In this document: positions 58,101 through 64,000 of the stretch, piece after piece
How positions within the stretch are numbered: the stretch's first letter is position 1
Layout: each line of letters opens with the position of its first letter
Assembly: GCA_004431415.1 (NCBI GenBank)
Contig: QPMI01000298.1
Coordinates: 1 to 64,000, forward strand
Reading direction: 5' to 3'
Length of the DNA stretch: 64,000 nt
Source of the DNA: Cyanophora paradoxa CCMP329
Taxonomy: Eukaryota; Plantae; Glaucophyta
Notes under the pieces: model-generated
Database searches by the model: none
What the model was told of the DNA's origin: nothing
The model's input: only the letters and a program-made list of their open reading frames with translations
Translations under genes and position numbers: made by a program

Positions 58101-61100
58101 ATACAAGAAGAGCGAGACCTGTTCGAGTTTGGAGACCTGCGCGCGAGTGCCCTCCAACTCGGCCTCCAAGCGAGCCGCGCGCTCCGAGAGGGCGGCCCGC
58201 TCGGCCTGCGCCGCCGCCAACTGCGCCGCGAGGCCCGACGCCTGCGCCTCCGCCGCGCCCGCCGACGCCGCCGCCGCCTCGGCCGACGCGGCGCGCGCCT
58301 CCAGCGCCGCCTTCTCGCCCTCCAGCGCCTGGACCGCGCCCCGCGCCGCCTCCAGCTCCGCCGCAAGCTCCGCCGCCCGCGACGCCGCCTCGCCGCCCGA
58401 CGCCGCCGCCGCCGCCGCCGCCGCCTCCAGGGCCGCCACCCGGGACGAGAGCGCCTGCTTCTCCTCCTCGAGGGCCCGCGCCGCCGCCTGCGCCTCGCCG
58501 GCGGCCGCCTCGAGCGCCTCGACGCGCGCGGCGAGCGCCGCCTTCTCCTCCTCGAGGGCCGCCCGCTCCTGCGCCGCCTCCATCTCGGCCGAGAGGTCCA
58601 CGCCCCGCGACGCCGTCGTCGTCGCCGCCGCCGCCTCCGCCTCCAGGGCGCTCGCGCGCGCCTGCGCCGCCTCCGCCTCCTCCATCGCCGCCTCCAGCGC
58701 CGCCCGCAGCTCCGCCACCGCCGCCGCGCCCCGCTCGTGCCGCCGCAGCGCCTCGTCCGCCTCCTGCCGCTGCTCCGCCCGCGCCGCCGCGAGCTCCGCC
58801 GCCAGCGACTCGGCCCGCGCCCGCGCCGCCGCCAGCTCCGCCTCCCGCTCCGCCAGCGCCGCCCGGCTCGTCGCAGCCGACGTCTGCAGCGCCGCCACCA
58901 CAGCGTCCGTCTCGTCGCTGCCCAGGCCCGACGCCGCCGCCGACGCCGCCGCCGACGCCGCCGCCGCCGTCGCTGCGGCCAGCTGCGACTCCAGCTCCGC
59001 GACGCGCGCCTCCGAGCGAGCCGCGCGCTCCGAGAGGGCGGCCCGCTCGGCCTGCGCCGCCGCCAACTGCGCCGCGAGGCCCGACGCCTGCGCCTCCGCC
59101 GCGCCCGCCGACGCCGCCGCCGCCTCGGCCGACGCGGCGCGCGCCTCCAGCGCCGCCTTCTCGCCCTCCAGCGCCTGGACCGCGCCCCGCGCCGCCTCCA
59201 GCTCCGCCGCAAGCTCCGCCGCCCGCGACGCCGCCTCGCCGCCCGACGCCGCCGCCGCCGCCGCCGCCGCCTCCAGGGCCGCCACCCGGGACGAGAGCGC
59301 CTGCTTCTCCTCCTCGAGGGCCCGCGCCGCCGCCTGCGCCTCGCCGGCGGCCGCCTCGAGCGCCTCGACGCGCGCGGCGAGCGCCGCCTTCTCCTCCTCG
59401 AGGGCCGCCCGCTCCTGCGCCGCCTCCATCTCGGCCGAGAGGTCCACGCCCCGCGACGCCGTCGTCGTCGCCGCCGCCGCCTCCGCCTCCAGGGCGCTCG
59501 CGCGCGCCTGCGCCGCCTCCGCCTCCTCCAGCGCCGCCTCCAGCGCCGCCCGCAGCTCCGCCGCCGCCGCCGCGCCCCGCTCGTGCCGCCGCAGCGCCTC
59601 GTCCGCCTCCTGCCGCTGCTCCGCCCGCGCCGCCGCGAGCTCCGCCGCCAGCGACTCGGCCCGCGCCCGCGCCGCCGCCAGCTCCGCCTCCCGCTCCGCC
59701 AGCGCCGCCCGGCTCGTCGCAGCCGACGTCTGCAGCGCCGCCACCACAGCGTCCGTCTCGTCGCTGCCCAGGCCCGACGCCGCCGCCGACGCCGCCGCCG
59801 ACGCCGCCGCCGCCGTCGCTGCGGCCAGCTGCGACTCCAGCTCCGCGACGCGCGCCTCCGAGCGAGCCGCGCGCTCCGAGAGGGCGGCCCGCTCGGCCTG
59901 CGCCGCCGCCAACTGCGCCGCGAGGCCCGACGCCTGCGCCTCCGCCGCGCCCGCCGACGCCGCCGCCGCCTCGGCCGACGCGGCGCGCGCCTCCAGCGCC
60001 GCCTTCTCGCCCTCCAGCGCCTGGACCGCGCCCCGCGCCGCCTCCAGCTCCGCCGCAAGCTCCGCCGCCCGCGACGCCGCCTCGCCGCCCGACGCCGCCG
60101 CCGCCGCCGCCGCCGCCTCCAGGGCCGCCACCCGGGACGAGAGCGCCTGCTTCTCCTCCTCGAGGGCCCGCGCCGCCGCCTGCGCCTCGCCGGCGGCCGC
60201 CTCGAGCGCCTCGACGCGCGCGGCGAGCGCCGCCTTCTCCTCCTCGAGGGCCGCCCGCTCCTGCGCCGCCTCCATCTCGGCCGAGAGGTCCACGCCCCGC
60301 GACGCCGTCGTCGTCGCCGCCGCCGCCTCCGCCTCCAGGGCGCTCGCGCGCGCCTGCGCCGCCTCCGCCTCCTCCAGCGCCGCCTCCAGCGCCGCCCGCA
60401 GCTCCGCCGCCGCCGCCGCGCCCCGCTCGTGCCGCCGCAGCGCCTCGTCCGCCTCCTGCCGCTGCTCCGCCCGCGCCGCCGCGAGCTCCGCCGCCAGCGA
60501 CTCGGCCCGCGCCCGCGCCGCCGCCAGCTCCGCCTCCCGCTCCGCCAGCGCCGCCCGGCTCGTCGCAGCCGACGTCTGCAGCGCCTCCACCACAGCGTCC
60601 GTCTCGTCGCTGCCCAGGCCCGACGCCGCCGCCGACGCCGCCGCCGACGCCGCCGCCGCCGTCGCTGCGGCCAGCTGCGACTCCAGCTCAGCAACCCGTT
60701 GGGTGAGTGCGGACTCATCGGCTGAAATGGAACGCGCTGCTGCAGACGCGGCCTCGAGCCTGGCGGCCATTTCGCTGAGGCGCGCCTCGAGCTCTTGCTT
60801 TTGCTGCGTAAGCTCCGCGCTGCGCGCTCGTTGCTCCGAGCACTCTCGCTCGAGCGCCCCCGAGGCCGCCTGGGCCTCCTGCAGGCGGGCCTCCATTCCG
60901 ACGACGCGACGCTCCGTCTCCCCTGCGGCAGCGGCGGCCGCCTGCTCCAGCGCGCGGATCCGGCTGGAGAGCTCGCCCTTCTCCTCCTCGAGGGCAGCGA
61001 CCGCCACTGAGAGGGCCTGCGCTCGCTCCGCGGCCTCCGCAGTCGCCTGCTTCGTGTCCCCGCCGCTGGAGCCGATCTTTCCGCGGAGCGACGCGGCGAG

Positions 61101-62280
61101 CTGCGTGATTGGCGCCCCGGCCTCGACACCCACGCCCGCCTCGGCGCACATCTCCTGCAACACTGCCGCCACAGCCGCCAGCTCCGACCCCGCCGCCTCC
61201 AGCGCCGCCCGCAGCTCCGCCGCCGCCGCCGCGCCCCGCTCGTGCCGCCGCAGCGCCTCGTCCGCCTCCTGCCGCTGCTCCGCCCGCGCCGCCGCGAGCT
61301 CCGCCGCCAGCGACTCGGCCCGCGCCCGCGCCGCCGCCAGCTCCGCCTCCCGCTCCGCCAGCGCCGCCGTGGTTGTCTTGTTGGACGTCTTCAGTGCCGC
61401 AATGACCGCCTCTGCGTCTCCCTCCGCGATCTGCGCGGAGTGAGCGAGTGCAGGGCCGGCCAGGCGCAGCTCTTCGCGCCTGTGCATGCGCTCGGTTCCC
61501 CGGAGAAGCTCGCTTCCCCTGCTCGTCCTTGTAGAGAAGCAGCTCGGCTCGCGCCTTATCGACCTCAGCCTGCATGCGCAGCCGCTGCAGCGCCGCATCA
61601 GCGAGCGCCACCCGTCGTGCAAGCGCGGCCGGGGACCAGCGCACCTCCTCTTCGAAGTACTCGCGCTGGATCTGCACGGTGCGCTGCGTCGCCTCGAGTT
61701 CCTCGCGCATCTGGTCCACTTCCGCCTCCAGGTTCTTCGCGCAGAGCACGTCCTTGTCCGATTTCGCTTTCGCCAGCTCCTCTGCGAGAGAATGAGCAAA
61801 GGGCCGCGAGCCGTATGCACGACAAGTGCACACTCGTCAGCTTTTCAATCTCATGCTTGCCCTTGGTGTTCTCGGATCGCAGCTTCTCGAGTTCTGCGGT
61901 ACGACCAGAGTCAGGCCTAGGGCCGCACAGGACGAGCGCACGCATTAGCACACCAGCGCGGGCGCTTTTTTCCTTCGTTTGAATGTCGAACGAGTGCTCC
62001 TTTAAGTGCAAAAACGCCTCCTGCGCAGGACCACATCAGCGCGCGAGGACGAGCTGTTCGCGGCGGTGCCAGATGGCGCCGCAGTACGTCGAATGCCCTA
62101 TGATCGCTCTGCCGCAGCCGCGACCCGCTCGGACGGCCGCCCATCGCGTATGTCGAACCGCAGTCGATTCGCGTGATTCGCACGCAGCGCAGGCTCCGCG
62201 GACTTGCAGGCTCTGCCTATCGTTGCATTGCGCACCTGCAGTTTCGTGAACTCGCTCAGTCCGATGGCGGGTGCAGCCAT
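55119..62280 (-). CDS. Very long coiled-coil protein, GRIPAP1/CCDC186-like endosomal tether, multi-exon with a 3.3-kb central exon
   Basis: N-terminus IGLSEFTKLQ/EAFLHLKEHSFDI and C-terminus MEKKDAIIRMY...HRKMELLLQ/ETLMQKMNLEGHVEGLRKEL resemble GRIPAP1/CCDC186 termini as recalled; long Ala/Glu heptad-rich middle. Confidence 0.65.
58169..60689. repeat. Coding tandem repeat, 846-bp unit (282 aa) x about 3, plus partial copy at about 61192-61368
   Basis: Anchor CGAGCCGCGCGCTCCGAGAG at 58171, 59017 and 59863; only three substitutions seen (58685, 58717, 60586). Confidence 0.95.
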
Positions 62281-63299
62281 CGTTCATGCGCCGCTCGTCC
62301 ACGCGATCCGGCTCCCACGGGCTTCAAACCCGTAGCTACGTCCACAGGAGCGGGATCCGAGCGCCGCCGTCGTCGCCAGAGCCCGGCCTTGTCGCACGAC
62401 GCGGGGTACGATGGCTTCGAAAATTTGATCCGACCTAGCTATAGGCCTAGGCCTCGAACTTCGGAATTCGAAAGCGCTAGCGCGTATAGCGACGTCGACA
62501 TATGCATGTACACGATCAGATTCAGATCTACAGCTTCAGATGATCACGACCGACGTCGACGTCGACGTCGCGCCGGCGCCGCCACCGACGTCGACATCCC
62601 AAATTGATCATGAGTCCGCGCGCGCTCGCCTCCCAGAGTCCCAAAATCGCGCCATTGCCAGGCATCGATGTCGCTAGCGCTAGATGATGAGCCTAGATCA
62701 TATAGAGGGGTTCCGGCGGCGGCGGTGCGAAAAACCTCCTAGGCCTGGTCCCGGGGCGCCGCCACTGTCACCCATATGCATGGCCAGCCGGCGCCCTGCG
62801 TACGCATACGTCGAGCTCGAACTGACAAACGCGGTCATGGATATCCGAAGCGTGGCCGCCGGGCGGAGGGGAGCGAGCGCGGAAGCCGGGCGCGCGCGGG
62901 CACGAGGCAACGACCCAAAGGCAGCAGCGCCACCAGAGCGGGCCTCCTCCGAAGCGCTCCAGGGCCCGTGCAACCAAGCGCTAGCCGTGGCTGACGGCCG
63001 GGACAGCACCTGCACACGACTAGTCACTGTGAGAACACGTACATGCGCACGCGGGGAGCTGGGCATCTGAACTACCTCCGGGAGGGCAGTGGGACGCTGA
63101 GGCTTGACATGGAGACGCCAGGTCAGTGCCCGATCTCGCTGTTTTTGGGGTACGTCGTACGGGGGAGGGGTACCCACACAAAAGACATGTCGAAGGGTTA
63201 GCGATCCCGGCCCATCGCCTGCCGATCTGGGCGATCTGATGCGACCGCAGGCAAGCCGAGCGGTATGTGCAAGCTTCGTGTCCACCGCCGCAATGAGCG

Positions 63300-63870
63300 G
63301 TGGGCGGACAAGCAGTACAACAAGGCCCACCTGGGCACCGATGCGTGGCACCGTGCACCGGTGCACTTCACTGCACACGCGGCAGTGAGCGCCGGAAGCT
63401 GGAATGCGGGGGGAAGGGGGCCGGCCGCACTCTTGTCCTTGGGGAGGATGTAGAAGGCGGCGTCCGCTGCCCGGCGGCTGCTCGATGTGGTGGCGGGCGG
63501 GGCGGGAGGCGGGGCCGGCAGGCGGGTGCGCCGCCCGTGTAGGGCAGGCCGAAGGCCTCGAGGGCGCGGATCACCTCGACGCCGGCCCGGTACTGCCGCC
63601 CCAGGCCCGGGGGCGGGGACGGGGGCGGGGCGCCGGGGCCGCGCACCTCGTCGAAGGCACCGTCTCAGAGGTTGATGTACATGTCGTACCCCGCCCGCGC
63701 CGCCGCCAGCACGTCCGCCACTGCCGCTGCCCCGAATTCACCCTGCTGCCCGCAGCCCCCCGCGCGCGCCGGCCGTGAAACTTTAACGCGCATGCCGCCC
63801 TCTTCCGCGTCCTATGAGGTGCCGCAGAGGTTGCCGGGGTTGCAGTCGTAGTTGTCCGCCTCCTGCCCCC
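63300..63870 (-). pseudogene. Fragment of a D-Ala-D-Ala-ligase-like ATP-grasp gene with in-frame TGA; apparently truncated
   Basis: Spliced AGYDMYINL*DGAFDE/YRAGVEVIRALEAFGLPYT/..ADAAFYILPKDK/MKC; TGA at 63665-63667; similarity is lost downstream. Confidence 0.55.
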
Positions 63871-64000
63871 GGCCCAGCCCCCCGCGCGGGGAGGCGCCCG
63901 CGTCGGTCGCACGCCTCCGCGGGCGGGCCTCCGCAAGCTCCCACCTGTGCCCGCACTCCATGAGTTCGACTGACAAGCGCGGTCATCCGAAGCGTCGCCG

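Noticed and set aside
55176-61443. Giant plus-strand ORFs (1849 aa, 1104 aa) and an Arg-rich alternative-frame ORF (1011 aa)
   Set aside because: Shadow frames of the GC-rich Ala/Glu coiled-coil gene; stop codons are rare at this composition and the translations have no protein-like features.
1-64000. Hundreds of overlapping Pro/Arg/Gly/Ala-rich ORFs in the supplied track
   Set aside because: They result from reading through (CCCCG)n introns or antisense frames; real proteins emerge only after splicing.

Overview
Eukaryotic nuclear DNA, very GC-rich and gene-dense, with about 26 intron-split genes. The ORF track is misleading because real genes are broken by short introns, so gene models here were rebuilt by hand from splice sites and conserved motifs. 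Two plastid proteins carry transit peptides starting MAF/MAAF with no signal peptide, and an axonemal TSNAXIP1-like gene is present. Together these suggest a flagellated primary-plastid alga, most likely a glaucophyte such as Cyanophora (inference). Recognisable genes: CNBD-type GYG channel, SET methyltransferase, sensor-type class III adenylate cyclase, copine, RMI1, USP37-like deubiquitinase, DUF218 protein, TSNAXIP1-like protein, CGFS glutaredoxin, RTF2, CNOT9, HCF164-like thioredoxin, class I phosphodiesterase, GT61 glycosyltransferase, an SDR and a GRIPAP1-like coiled-coil protein. Most notable: (1) a complete 3,622-bp TIR transposon (109-bp TIRs, 5-bp TSD ACGTA) encoding a six-intron Ginger2/Tdd-like HHCC-DDE integrase with a large core insertion, plus a convergent intronless orphan ORF; (2) an unusual intron grammar with frequent GC donors, G[T/C][G/C]CGC donor hexamers, (CCCCG)n/(CGGGG)n bodies and no polypyrimidine tract; (3) recurrent period-6 perfect palindromes in intergenic DNA; (4) a near-perfect 3 x 846-bp coding repeat inside a 3.3-kb exon; (5) an ATP-grasp gene fragment with TGA at an apparent Cys position.
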